Positions 36,601-48,799 of a stretch of DNA of 64,000 nucleotides are shown here, one piece after another (position 1 is the stretch's first letter; the number at the start of each line of letters is the position of its first letter). The notes under the pieces were generated by a model, which worked only from the letters and a program-made list of their open reading frames with translations, had not been told where the DNA came from and did no database searches. Origin of the DNA: Podarcis liolepis (lineage: Eukaryota); the NCBI GenBank assembly GCA_965112155.1, contig OZ218102.1; one strand, 5' to 3'. Position numbers and translations under genes: made by a program.

Positions 36601-38337
36601 TCAGGCACTCCAGATAACTTTGACAGTATAATGGAGGTTACAGAGGAGTTGCACACCCAGCATGGGCCCAGTTCTGTTAGCAGGAGTGAAAGCAAGCTTG
36701 TACCACCAGAGAGATCGGTAAAATCTAAGAAGCCAGCTCTCCAGTTCTACAACCTGAGGCACACCCCTGCCCCAACCCCTGTGGCCACTGCCTCCAAAAA
36801 CACTTCTGGAAAAGAAACCGTACAAGGAGATTCTAATGCTGTGACTATGCCAGCAGGCTCTAATGTCACAGACCAAGAAAATGCACAGAGTGAAGACACC
36901 GTTGGCTTCAGTAGCATGGAAGTGCTCTCTGACAACAAGCCCAGTTTTGTGGAATGGTGTGCTGAGGAAGAGAACCAAGAACTCATCACTAACTTTAACA
37001 CTCAGTACATGAAGGTCCAGAAAGGGTGGATTCAGCTGGAGAAAGAGGCTCAGCCAGCTCCAAAGGTCAAGAATAAATCCGACAAACTGAAAGAGATCTG
37101 GAAAAGCAAGAAGAGGACCCGCAAATTAAAAGGGCCCACGGAAGGCCAGAAGCTCTCCCCGGTTCAGATGCTGTTCATGAAGGGGTTTGACATGTCCAAC
37201 ATCTGCAAGTGGTTTATGGAGACCACTGAGACCAAGTCTCTGGTCATTGTGAAGAAGATGAACACCCGTCTCCCAGGGGACATCCCCCTCATCAAGCTTC
37301 CACTCCAGAAGGGCTGTTATTCCGCCAGCTACCCTAGCTCCCTTCAAGCTGAGCGCCTGAAGAAACACTTGAAGAAGTTTGCTGCTATGACCCCGGCCAA
37401 AAACACCATCAAGATTCAGAGGCTGTGGGCTAAGCTTCGAGAGGGCTCTGAGGACAAAGAGCCTGAGCAGGCTGCCAGTTCGAAGCAGACGCCTCCCTCC
37501 GAAGTAAGCGTGGAGCACAAAGCCGAAGCCAAGAGCGCCCAGCCTCCCAGCACGCCTGTGCAAACCAGCTCTCGCATCCTGAGGAAGTACTCCAACTTGC
37601 GAGGCAAACTCAACACCATACGCAAGGTGGCCAAGCAGGACAAGAACGACAGCGTGACCAAGCACCCCTCTGCTGAAAGCAAGCCGAGCGGCAAGAGCCT
37701 GTGCATTAAGCCCCTGGTGTCTCCGAAACTGGCCCAGCAGGTCCAAGCACCCCCACTTGCGACTAAGACAAGCCTGGTTGAAAGAGGAGGGAAGGGGCGA
37801 AAGGCAAAAGGCAAGGTACAGGAGGACACCTCATCCAAAGGCCACCTTCAGCAAACCAAGAAGAAGTCACCGACCGAGAGCAGCAGGTCACAGAGGCTGT
37901 TGAGCACCTCGAGCAAAGAAAGGCTTCCTCTTAAGAAAGCCAGTAAACCGAAGCCTGCAGGGCCTCCTGCTACCAGGAAGCAGGCGGCTGCCGACAAGAG
38001 TCATAAGCCTGTGTCTGGGAACGAGAAGGCAAAGAAGCTGAATGACTTGCGACCTGGGAAAAGGAAGCCCCCCGTCCAGAAGGGGAAAGCCAAGGCCGGT
38101 CAAAAGGCAAGTCTGCCTTCCAGGCAAGAAGGGCTTGCTAAGCCTCCCAAGCAGAAAGTGGTGCAAGACTCCAGCAGCCGGCCTCCCAAAGTGGCTGCCC
38201 AAAAGGCAAGCAGTGGCAAAGCCTTGACTAGGTCAATGAAGCGAATTCAGGAGAGCAGCACAGCCCAGGGCAAGAGGAAGCTGAGGGCAAGCAAAGACTC
38301 TTCACCCAGCAAACGCAGGTGTCTGGATGCAAAGTAA
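33648..38337 (+). CDS. LCOR: LCOR distal giant last exon (C10orf12 exon) encoding the PALI1 isoform (PRC2-associated LCOR isoform 1); spliced CDS 238+94+4690 nt = 1673 aa from Met 2956
   Basis: Polypyrimidine tract ending tctctctag|T at 33647/33648, in phase with donor 7739. The 1577-aa ORF has C10orf12 motifs: KSPLEKFMVRLC, GLRINDYDNQCDVVYISQPITEC, RKTARKSTRGY, the PIP domain (EWCAEEENQEL...KGWIQLEKE...CKWFMETTETKSLVIVKK...LQAERLKKHLKKF), and the C-terminus SKRRCLDAK. Confidence 0.96.
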
Positions 38338-41300
38338 CCGGCTGGGGTTGGGGGTGGGTCTTGGAAATACTTCCTAATGCATTAAACAGATCCACTTCTG
38401 AACGTTGTGGGGAGGGATGCAAGTGTTTAGCCGAAGGCCAACCCCCCGCTCTCAGATGATGAGGAGCCCCCTAGCTGTGTTGCAGCCAGAAGGGGAAGCT
38501 ATTATTCTCTGCCCTTGAGAAGGAAAGTTGCTGCTTCTGAAAGCTCCTGGAGTGGAACTAGGAGTTTGGCAGTTTTAGTTCGAAGTACAGTGCCTTATTT
38601 ATCCTTTTAGGAACTGAATAAATTAATCTGTGTGATTTAAAGGCTGGCAGTTTATAGTTAATGCACAAGCACTTGAACTGTAATGGAAAGAGAACCAGCT
38701 TTCATGCACATCCCATAGACCTTGGCAGCCCACCTGCTGGGGTTCACACAGGAGCATTTTCTTCCTTTTGTGCATTGTAGCATCCTGGCACTGTTTAAAC
38801 CAAGCAGGGCATTATAAAGCCAAAACCCAAAGCATTTGCATCCTTTAATCCTGTCAGTCAGTCAGTCAGAATGGTGTGTGTTGTTGTTAAGGTATGAACA
38901 GTTGGACTATCTTGTGTAACTGGGGCTTGGCTGTAATGTAGCCTTGCTCTCGTGTCAAAAAGATGCTGATTCCGAAGCGTCAGTGATTGGCAGCCATGCT
39001 GGGCCAACTTTGTACTTAGCCAAGAAAGGAACTGGACCGCTTGTTTGGATGGAGAGCCCTTCCCTATTAAGTACATGCACACTGCCTGCCACTTCTGACA
39101 TGGTTGGGCCTGTGTCCTCAAATGCAGCCTGGATGCATTTCAGAATGGTGGTATTCTTGTCCATTTTACTGTGAGGCCTGAACACCCCTGAAATATGGGT
39201 ACTTGAAAGCACATCTTAGCAGTGAAATAGACGGACAAAAAACCATTCCAAAGTGAAGCTTCCATGCATCTTGTGGGTCTGTAAAAAGTAATGTTGGAAA
39301 GCGCCCGTAGTCAGAGGTTCTTCTCTGCTGTAAACTTACATGATTTCTATGCAGTTGCTGCAAGTTCTTTTTTCATCTTTCCCTGTTTGCCGTAAGTCAA
39401 AAAGATTTTTAAAATTATTGTTATTAAAATAAGAAGGAGGCAATGCTGGCTGCAGACAAGGAAGCAACTAGAAATATCTGGTGCTTTTGCAAGTGTGGTT
39501 TGGTTCCAGCTTAAGAGTAAGCAAGCTTCTCTCTCCCTTGCAAGGCCTCACCTTGCAAGTTTAATCAATGCATTATGTAAAGGTCAAGAAGTATCTGTCT
39601 TCAGACAAGGTATTTCTACGAACACCTATTAGAAAGGCAAACAGTCCCCTTCTCAGTGCAAACATTTGTTTTGGATCTGACAGCATTTGGAAGCAGCCTT
39701 TTTCTCAGAGGAAACTCCCTGCCCCTTGTACTTTGTGCTACCCATCTGCTGGGTGACAGACAGTGGTTGCTGCTACTCTGGGCTTGGAGAGAAAAGCAGC
39801 CTTTTATTTATTTCCATAGTTTTCCTTTAAATCACAACAAAGGCAGAGGTATTTGCTTAGAAACTTGTGCAAACTTCCTCTCGCTTGCTGTGCGTGGCAC
39901 CCAGGAGCTTCCCGCGAAGGCCTTCGAATGGCTTGACCTTTCAGAATAGCTTTCCATGGATACCATCTGAGATCGACGTACTCAAACACATCTTTACACA
40001 TTATTATATTAACTGGCTGGAACCAGTCTTTCCAGTTGGTGAGGGATTTGTAGAATAAAAGGAAAGGCAAACTCTTTAGGGAGCAAGAACAAGGCTTAGG
40101 TGCAAGGAAATTGGTTTTATTTCGTTTTTTTAAAGGAGGGAGGGTGCGTTAGCATTGGCACTCCTATACCAAAGCTCATTACTGCAGGCAGAACACAAAT
40201 AACTAGCTGTATAATTTGTTCCATTGATCAAAGAGATTTGGGAGGCAGCGCCTGGAACTGCAAAGCCCTCCTGCTCACCTGCTTACCCAAGTCTGTGTCT
40301 TGAGAGGGTGCACTAAAGCTATAAGACACATCAGGGTGGACTCTTTTTGTATGAATACTTTTGAATCATTGATTTTTAACTTCTGTCTTTTGATGTAAAT
40401 CATGCTGTATAAAATGAATTGTTGTAAGCATTAAGTCAGGCCTAGCATTCTCTGTAAAGATTGATACGTATTTGTCTGATTGCTATTTGAACTGCACATA
40501 TAAAATGTGCTAGACATTCCACCAGGAGTATTAAAAGGTATTTAAGGAAGTGTGGTGCGTGAGTATGTATGTGTGAGTGAGAGGAAAGAGTGAGCGTGTC
40601 AGGTTTTTCACCTCTACTTTTCTCCAACTTCAAACGCCTCCATCCAGATAGGTGTAAAATCTTCCTGCTCCCTCAACCCAGGGCTGCTTCCTAACACACT
40701 GCTGGGTGGCCGAGCACCTTGTAGTACTTTTGGCTACTGATTCTGATCCCAACACTGCTAATAAAATATTTCTACACCTTTCTGCTTTCCCATTTCTTGT
40801 GTGGTCTGTAACTTAAGAGAATCCCTTTGTAAGCCCTGTGTAGCATTTGAGAGCTTCACAGTTGCCCCTCCCACCTTTTCTGCAAGGTTGCCTATGAGAA
40901 GTTGGAATACAGTGACCAGGCCTTGCAGTGTTTTGGTGAGGTCTGGAGAGAGTTTGGTCCAGTGGTTGATTTATCCCAGGTTCTAGCATCAGTGGCTTCT
41001 GGCAAGGCAAGGCAAGCCTTTGCCATGTAGACAATAGACTAGTGTAAGCTTGGGGGGGCGGGGGAGGAGAGAAGTGAGCAAAGTAGTTTAAAGCAATTTA
41101 GAGTTGTTGTTTTTTAAATAAATTCTGATGGTGATAGCTTAGTATGATTTATATTGAAGCAAAGCTACCTTCTGGTTGGGAGGCATTCTTCAGACTGTGC
41201 TCTGTGCATCAGTCCTTACGCCATGCAAGTGACACTATGTCACCAACATGCCAGGCTGATATGCTGTCCACTAAGTAAGTTGCAAAGAGGCCACTTCCTC

Positions 41301-42415
41301 TCCCTTTGATGCCCTGTAACCCACTTTTGTGATAGTGAGAACTTGACTCTTAATTCTTCCAGTAGATATAACTTTGGAAACCAGCCTTCTTGGGTTGGGC
41401 TCTTCTCTTTGCAGGGGCTTAATTCCTGCACACTGTTTCCCATCCATCCACTTCTTCAGCATTTGTCTTTCTTTTTCTTTTCTTTTTTTTCAAGGAGTGT
41501 GTGTCATCTGTTAAATGCAATCTTGCTTTGTTGGTTTCTGCAGCAAAAATAGGTGCTCTTTCCAGAATCAATGGTTATCTGCAGTAGTACAGTTGCTATG
41601 GCCTGGTGATGTTATAAACTTGGTCTAACCTGGTACTGCTCTCTAGCAAAAGAATTGCGAGAGTAAGGGGAGAAGCCTGGGGTTGTGACTGTAATAGGCT
41701 TACTCAGTATAGTGACAACCTCTAACTGTGGCTCTGTTTCTGCTCCTCTCTACATGCTTGGCAGGTTCTACTGCTTAAGCATCTTGGGCCCCATTGCCAA
41801 AATGGTCTACAGGCAGTGCTTTTTGTGGGGGTTAAAAATGAAGTATCATGTCTTGATAAAAGTGGGGTAGGTGTCAGCACAAGATGGCTGCCATGGGCAG
41901 CAAAAAAGAGGTGATACCAGTGAGTACTGTCGCAAAACCCCTGTTCACAAGTATAGTCAAACTGGGATGGTTTGCACCTTCTTGTTTCCATGCTACCTGG
42001 GCATTCCTAGAGAGAGTGGATGGCTTTGCTTATTGGATAAGACCAGCCTCTGTACTGTTTCTTTCCATCAGATGCAATGGACCATCATGAATCCTAGCCT
42101 CTCCTGTAGCACACACTGTCTTCCCCCCGATGGTATGGTGGAGAATTCCCCATAACTTGCCCTGTTGCTCATCTCTTTATATCTCATCTCCTTAAATCTG
42201 GCCCTTTGCCGTCCCTTCTTGTTGAGACAAACTAGACGTTCTTCACAAAAAGATCTTCCATTAGTTGTCTTCCATTTTCTCCCAACAGCCTTTTTCTTGG
42301 TCAAGTGTGCAGTGCTTTTCTTTCCCTGTGGTTGAGAGTATTACTACTTTCAGTAATTTTCAATGAAGGCTGTTATCTTGTATTTAAGGGAAAGCCCCGA
42401 CTTCTGTGCACATTA

Positions 42416-42752
42416 CAGTGGTGCCTCGCAAGACGAAAATAATCCGTTCCGCGAGTCTCTTCGTCTAGCGGTTTTTTCGTCTTGCGAAGCAACCCTATTA
42501 GCGGATTAGCGCTATTAGCGGATTAGTGGCTATTAAAGGCTTAGCGGCTTAGCAGCTAAAAGGCTATTAGCGGCTTAGCGGCTTAGAAAAAGGGGGGGAA
42601 GGCGAAAAAAATAGGAACACTCGCAAGACGTTTTCGTCTTGTGAAGCAAGCCCATAGGGAAATTCGTCTTGCGAAGCAGCTCAAAAACGGAAAACCCTTT
42701 CGTCTAGCGGGTTTTCCGTCTTGCGAGGCATTCGTCTTGCGGGGCACCACTG
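42416..42752 (+). mobile_element. Young Tc1/mariner (Tigger-like) MITE, 337 bp, TA TSD, internal (TTAGCGGC)n tandem repeats
   Basis: TA|CAGTGGTGCCTCGCAAGACG...CGTCTTGCGGGGCACCACTG|TA; CpG-rich. Confidence 0.92.
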
Positions 42753-43022
42753 TATTAAGGATTGATGGTGCAGGGCACACAATGCTTAGAGAAACTTTTG
42801 TAGCAACTTTAGCTCTGGACAGTTCCTCTGTCATAGCTTCTGGGTGGCTCCTGCAGGAATGCTATTTATGGCTCTTTCTTCCTGACATAATTACTGTCAC
42901 TATGCATAGGGTTTTGCTTTGTAGTAGTAAGAATAATGATGATATCTCCCTTTTCCCATTCTATGTCTGGGGAATATTTAAGCTGCACAAAACTGTTACT
43001 GAGGCTTATCACTAATCATTTA

Positions 43023-43355
43023 CAGTGGTGCCCCGCAAGACGAATGCCTCGCAAGACGGAAAACCCGCTAGACAAAAGGGTTTTCCGTTTTGGAGGTGCT
43101 TCGCAAAACAAATTTCCTATGGGCTTGCTTCGCAAGACGACAATGCCTTGCGAGTTCCTGCGGGTTTTCCCCCCTCCCCCCTTTTTCTAAGCCGCTAAGC
43201 CGCTTATCAGCTGATCCGATCAGCAGATAAGCCACTAAAAGCCGCTAATAGCGCTAATCCGCTAATCCGTCAATGGGCTTGCTTCGCAAGACGAAAAAAC
43301 CGCTAGACGAAGAGAATCACAGAAGAGATTCTTTTCGTCTTGCGAGGCACCACTG
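43023..43355 (-). mobile_element. Second copy of the same MITE family, inverted relative to 42416-42752
   Basis: TA|CAGTGGTGCCCCGCAAGACG...CGTCTTGCGAGGCACCACTG|TA. Its first ~105 bp are nearly the exact reverse complement of the last ~105 bp of copy 1. Confidence 0.92.
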
Positions 43356-46300
43356 TATTATTATTATGAGCTGCAACATCCTGGCCAATTATTCCTATTC
43401 ATCTTCCAGAAGCGCTGAAAAGATCTTTTTCTCTCCAGAGTCATTTCCTTGTTCCATTTGTAGCCTCATGTGATAAGGCAGCCTTTGCCAGCCTGCTGCC
43501 CACCCAATTTTTTGGACTGCAGCTCCCTATCTGCCCTAGCCAAAACATCTAGATGACACTAGCTTGGCAGAGGCTTTGATAGGACAGTCTTCTGCCTTTG
43601 TCCTCTTTAAAGGTGGTAGCCAGTACCTTGCTTCTCATTTTGTTGCAGAAATCAGTGTTGGTACCACTCTTCCTCATCACCAGGAAGCACAGCAGAGCAA
43701 TGGGGAATTACCGGTAACTTGCGCCAAAGGGAAATGTAAAGTATTGGGCTGGATTCAACTATTGAGTCCCACAGCAGGAGCCAGCACAAGGTCTTCTGTG
43801 AGTGCAACAGGGCTTTTAGCCCCTCTCCTCTCTGCCTCCCAAATTGGCTCAGGGCTGTGTGTCAGGGTAATTGACAGCAAGCGGAGGAGGGAGAAGGGAG
43901 ATTGTTCCTTCTGGAAAACTGAAATGCTTGTGTTGACAGAATAATCTCCTTAGTGCTACGTTGAATTCCTCCACAAATTGAAAAGGGACTTCATTAAATC
44001 TGTGAGTGCCTCTGAAAATGTTGCTATAAATATAACTCTCTTCACTCAGTTCCCACATGCCCACCAAATAGAAACAAATATGCAGATAAGAGATATTTGA
44101 TGATGCTATGCAATGGCCTACAAACCAGTGCCTCCCTAGTCTTTCACACATCCCACCTCTGTCCTTGCTTGGACTTCATCTGTCACTGCTCCCTTCCCTG
44201 CTACATGCACACCTGATCTAGCTCTGCCTAGCTCTTGAATTTCATGGAATGGCCCTATCTGGGCGAGGTCCCTGTGTTTCTGAAAGGTCCCATATATGAT
44301 CATAGGGGGTTTTGAGGGGTTAAACTGCCTCGGGCCACTTCATGCATGCTATTTTCCTGCACAGAGATAATCTCCATGCGGCATCTTCCTGGCACAGATA
44401 ATCTCAATGAAGAGACACTTGTATGTTCTTCCCTAAGCCTTCTTCTTGCTCTCCTGTTGCCAGTTAGTTTCTTTTGTATTTCCACACACACACACACCCC
44501 AGCATTTAGCTAGGTTGCTGAAAAATTTCCTATCTAGTCTAAGATGAACTCAGGAGCTTTGGTTTGCAGGTAGAGGAGACTCTGGCCTCTTCTTAAAAAC
44601 CCTTCCCTCTTGAAGTGTCGCCCTAAGAATTGTTTCTCACAGAAATAGTGGAAATGAGTGGAGTCTGAATGGGTTTTGTTACCCGTGTGTGACCTTTTAC
44701 CTAAGTGGGTCTTTTTACACTGTAATGCTTATCAAAGGTTTTTTAAGGATCTGCTTTTTGTGTGTGACTTTAAAATGCAATGTGAATATATACATATATG
44801 TATATGTGTGTTTATATATAAATATATATAGTAGGTGCTGTGTTAACATAGCATCCAGCTAGCGGTTGTAATGCTTTCCTAGGTGCAGGGTAATTGCTGC
44901 CTTTTCTTCCTGGGTGGTCACAAAAACTAGAGGAATACTGTAAATAGTTTTAAAATATTTATTTCCTGTACTTTGTGCTAATAAGTCTTGGGTGTGCTGT
45001 TGGTTTGCAATGTACCGGTAGTATGGTTTTTTGGGTGGGTGGGGGGTTCCTACTGCAAAAATAATTGGACATTGGGGGGCGGGGGAAAAGGACTGGCATC
45101 TGGCCTGGAGTTTATGCTGCAAAATCAAGGACTTAGTTCCCATTGAAGCTGCATTTGGGCTATACCCAGAATAGACAAATGAATATTAATGACACTTACA
45201 TAATTGAATACTCCATATTTAAAAGCCCTTTCACATAGAAAGCAAGCGATCGGAGTGAATTGTTTCAGCCTATCCTCCCCGATATGCTAGCTTTTGCATG
45301 TGGGAGAATGTTTTCATATGATAGAGTGTTCAATCATGTGAGCTCTCGCCTGCAGTCCGAAGTGAAGCAGCCCAGGCCCTGGCTTATAACATTACTTAGA
45401 ACTGGGCCTAAACCGAGTAAAAGCATTACATGGGTTATCTAAGATCTCATTTTCTGTGGAAGCGAGTCAAAGTACAGTTCTGGGCAGCCCGCCTTGTCAC
45501 GTGCATCTTTGGGGACAGTACATGTGAGCAATAAGAATTTTTAGTAATAATGTTTTCAGTGACAAATTAATATTTAAGTCCTTATGGGGATATTTGTGTA
45601 AATGTGTGTGCACATCTCATTGAAGACTGCCCTTCTTCACTGGCCTTGCCACATAGAGAAAGAGACATATTTTGCTTCAACATCTCTGCATGCTTATTCA
45701 CCTGGGCAGGTGGACTCAGGGATACTGAATTAAGGGGAGCTCTTGCTGGGGATAGGATGGGAGAAATGCCAGTGGCATACATGGAGGAAGTGATGGTGCC
45801 CTCTAAGCATCATTTATAGCTGACTCTTGTAATCTAACCAGCCCCTCTTGTGTTGTGTGTTTGATGTTTCCTGTGCTCACCCCCCTTTTTTTTAGATTAA
45901 GCCAATCATTCATCACTTCCCATGTTTCCAGCTGCTGTAAGAGTCCAGGGCCCCATTTTTTACTCTCTCTGTCTTCCTGAATTTATTTTATTTTATTACT
46001 TTGGACCATTAAGTATTTCTATGCTCTCTGCTCCCTCCTGTGTTGTATTAGTCTTATTTTGAATGTCTCTTTTGTGATTATCTCATATTTTTTAAAGTTA
46101 GGCTTGTGTGGAAGTTCCTAAGGGTTTGTTTCTTCTTGTTTGTCTTGGCCATTCAGAATTCCCACCCATCTCCCCTCTCCTCTTTCTATGGAAAACATGG
46201 CAATGCAGCTTCCTAATGTAGCTCCAGAAAACTTGTTGCTTTGCTTGCACCCTCCTTCTGCCATCTGAAAAGCTTCAGCCCTGCCTATATCCATTGTAAA

Positions 46301-47112
46301 AGTCCTCAATTCTCAGATGAAGTTGTTAAACGAGGTGAGGGGGGGGGGTAGACTTGCAACCTTTCCACAAGGGCATTCTTGAAGTTTAGGATAACCTCCT
46401 GCCCAGTTGAATGAACCTCTATCAGTGTGTTGCACAGCACTCAACAAGACTGCAGGTGTGTTCTGCACTTCCTGTGTTGATTTATAGTCAGTTCATTTTT
46501 CACTCTGTGTTGCACAGGTATTTTTACTTGCTGTGTCTAAGAGACTCCTACCTTCCCCATATAATGAACCAAATGTGTGTGTTGGGGGGGGTCTATTCTC
46601 TCTATTCCCCTTCCCTCAGGTCTGGTACTGTGCACATCACCCAAACCCAGTGTGTGATCATGAGTTGGGTATTTGAAGGCTTAAGTTGGAGCCTCATTCC
46701 CTTCAGGGCCCTTGGAAATGCTGTGACTTTAGAAGAAGAGCGTGTCTGCTGTGAATTGTTGGTAAAATGTGTCATTAGGTAATATTTATATACCTCACCT
46801 GAGTAACATTTGAAAATGTATATAAAAATAAAGGTTCTGTTCAGTGGCTTCCTACCCGTTTGGCACACCTACAACACTTAGGGCTACTTTACCATGGAAA
46901 TTGTATTAAATCTTTGCCATTACTTTTGTGACAGCTCCATGATTTTTCTGTGTGCTTTATTAACTCACCAGTGGAAGAGAACGCATTCTTGTTACAGACT
47001 GTGGGGCTGCAGGTGAGGCTTAGACCTCTGCCTCTTTCCATGTTTCTTCTTCCTCTTTATGCATTGTGTATGTACTCTGCGTGCCCTAAGGAGTCTTACT
47101 TTATTGCCGCTT

Positions 47113-47118
47113 ATTAAA
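47113..47118 (+). terminator. Candidate distal poly(A) signal ATTAAA (alternative AATAAA at 46827-46832) for the PALI1 transcript
   Basis: Hexamer followed about 17 nt later by a GU-rich downstream element. Confidence 0.5.
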
Positions 47119-48799
47119 CATTTCTTTTATATCAGTATTGGTGTGGTGTGATATAGTTTGATGTGCAAAGACAAGACATGTTGATGAGCCATCTTAATTG
47201 CTGCTTTTGGAGGTTATCAGGACATATACACAATTGTGAAGGATGTCACCAGACAATGAACTGTTGGAAGATGGAAAGATTGCCTTGTTAGCTACCACTC
47301 CCATGTGGGTGTTGTCTTTGACCTGGTCTACAGCAGGCTGGCTCTCCAAAAGAAACCAGAAAGTTTGGGTAGGAACTTCAGAGCCTGGTCATTGCCCCTA
47401 GCTTCAGCAGAGGTAGGCACTGCACTGCTTTTGTCACCAGTCCTCCTCTCCTAGTTGACCCATTTCTCTGTGCTTGGCTCTTCGTGCTTAGGCTGGGTTT
47501 GATACCACATTGTCGGTGTGTGTGAGGAGGCGCTATTTTGGCACTATTGCCAGCCAGGTGTGGTTGCACCTAATTGCCACATAGTGGCTCTACAAGAGCA
47601 AAGGTGTAGCTCAATGTGTCCCACTTCTCCTGAGCAAGCTACTACCCAGCCTCTCATTTGTGAGGTACGGGAGAATTTAGATAAAATCAGTTGGTGGCAG
47701 CAGCACCTAGAAGCTCAATTACAAGTCTGAAACAGGTCCAGCTACCTCAGAAATAGAATACCAATCCCATGTCAGTGCCACACTTCCTCTTACATGCCCA
47801 AGGTCCAAGGGTTGTTTAAGCCTGTCAGAAGTGGGGCTTTTAAAACCCAGTCCTAATTTTTGCAAGTTAGTGGTTTGTTTTATGTCCAAGTGCTGCTTAA
47901 GGAGCAAAATTTGGTGTGTTTAAGCTGTGGACCAAGTACTTTCCTCGAGTACAGAACTGAAGGAGATGACTGCCCCCTTCTCAAGTGTGATTGTTGAAAA
48001 AAAGGAAAGTGCCATGACCTGTATTGAAGTGACCCTCTAATTTTCTTTTCTGAGAAAACTGAATAATAGCAGGTTTAATCTGGGCCATTGTTCTGGGAGA
48101 GGGAGACAAGCCTATTATATTTTTCTATGGGGAAAGAAAAGACCAGCCACGTGGCTAAATTAATGTCATGTTCACATGGATGACAACACTGGTGGTTTTA
48201 AACAAAACCAACCAAATCAATTCTGCTGTTTTTGTCCTATAGGAGTGACAATTTTGAGTTCCCTCACTTGAGTCATCATAAACTCGGATCGTTAAAAGCG
48301 TGGCAAGAATCACAAACCTCAGTTACTAAAACCAATGATGCCGGTTTTCATCTGACAGAGAAGCACCTGCCAAGAACAGAGAAATGCTGTCTGACATCCT
48401 TACAGCATAGAAAAATACTATACCAAATACAAATATATTAATATATGTAAGAATCTAAGTATTATGTATAAAGACCTACTTCAGCTGTTAGCTTACAACA
48501 GGTGACAAAAGACATCATTTCACACAATTGCTGAGTACCCTTTCCATGAGCTGCCCCTGAAGGTTGCACCAATTGGGTTTTTGATGCTACCCTCCCTGTA
48601 GGCACCAAAACACTTTGTTCTGGTCACTGGGAGGTTCAAAGCCAGCAGTGAACAAGCAAAAGCTTGGTACAATCTTCATTCAAGTATGGTGATAAGTGGA
48701 AGGTGTTGCCACTTGGTTGAGATAACATTGCAAGTGTAAACGTACTTTGGTACATGACGGACAAAATGAACAGTGAACATCAAGCATTGCCCTCTGCAG

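Larger units (their letters stand above)
38338..47135 (+). other. LCOR: Probable long 3' UTR of the PALI1 isoform
   Basis: Follows stop TAA 38335-38337. Proximal AATAAA at 38617, distal AATAAA at 46827 and ATTAAA at 47113, the last followed by GU-rich gtattggtgtggtgtg. AU-rich UTR-like blocks at ~44690-45000 and ~46750-47130. The extent is inferred. Confidence 0.55.

Noticed and set aside
33700-38420. Many antisense and alternate-frame ORFs over the PALI1 exon (up to 206 aa at 37126-37746)
   Set aside because: Expected shadows of a GC-rich coding exon; no recognisable domains or splice/start context.
42497-42586. (TTAGCGG/TTAGCGGC)n array resembling telomeric or CRISPR-like repeats
   Set aside because: It is not TTAGGG and has no unique spacers. 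It is the internal tandem repeat of the MITE and recurs inverted in the second copy.
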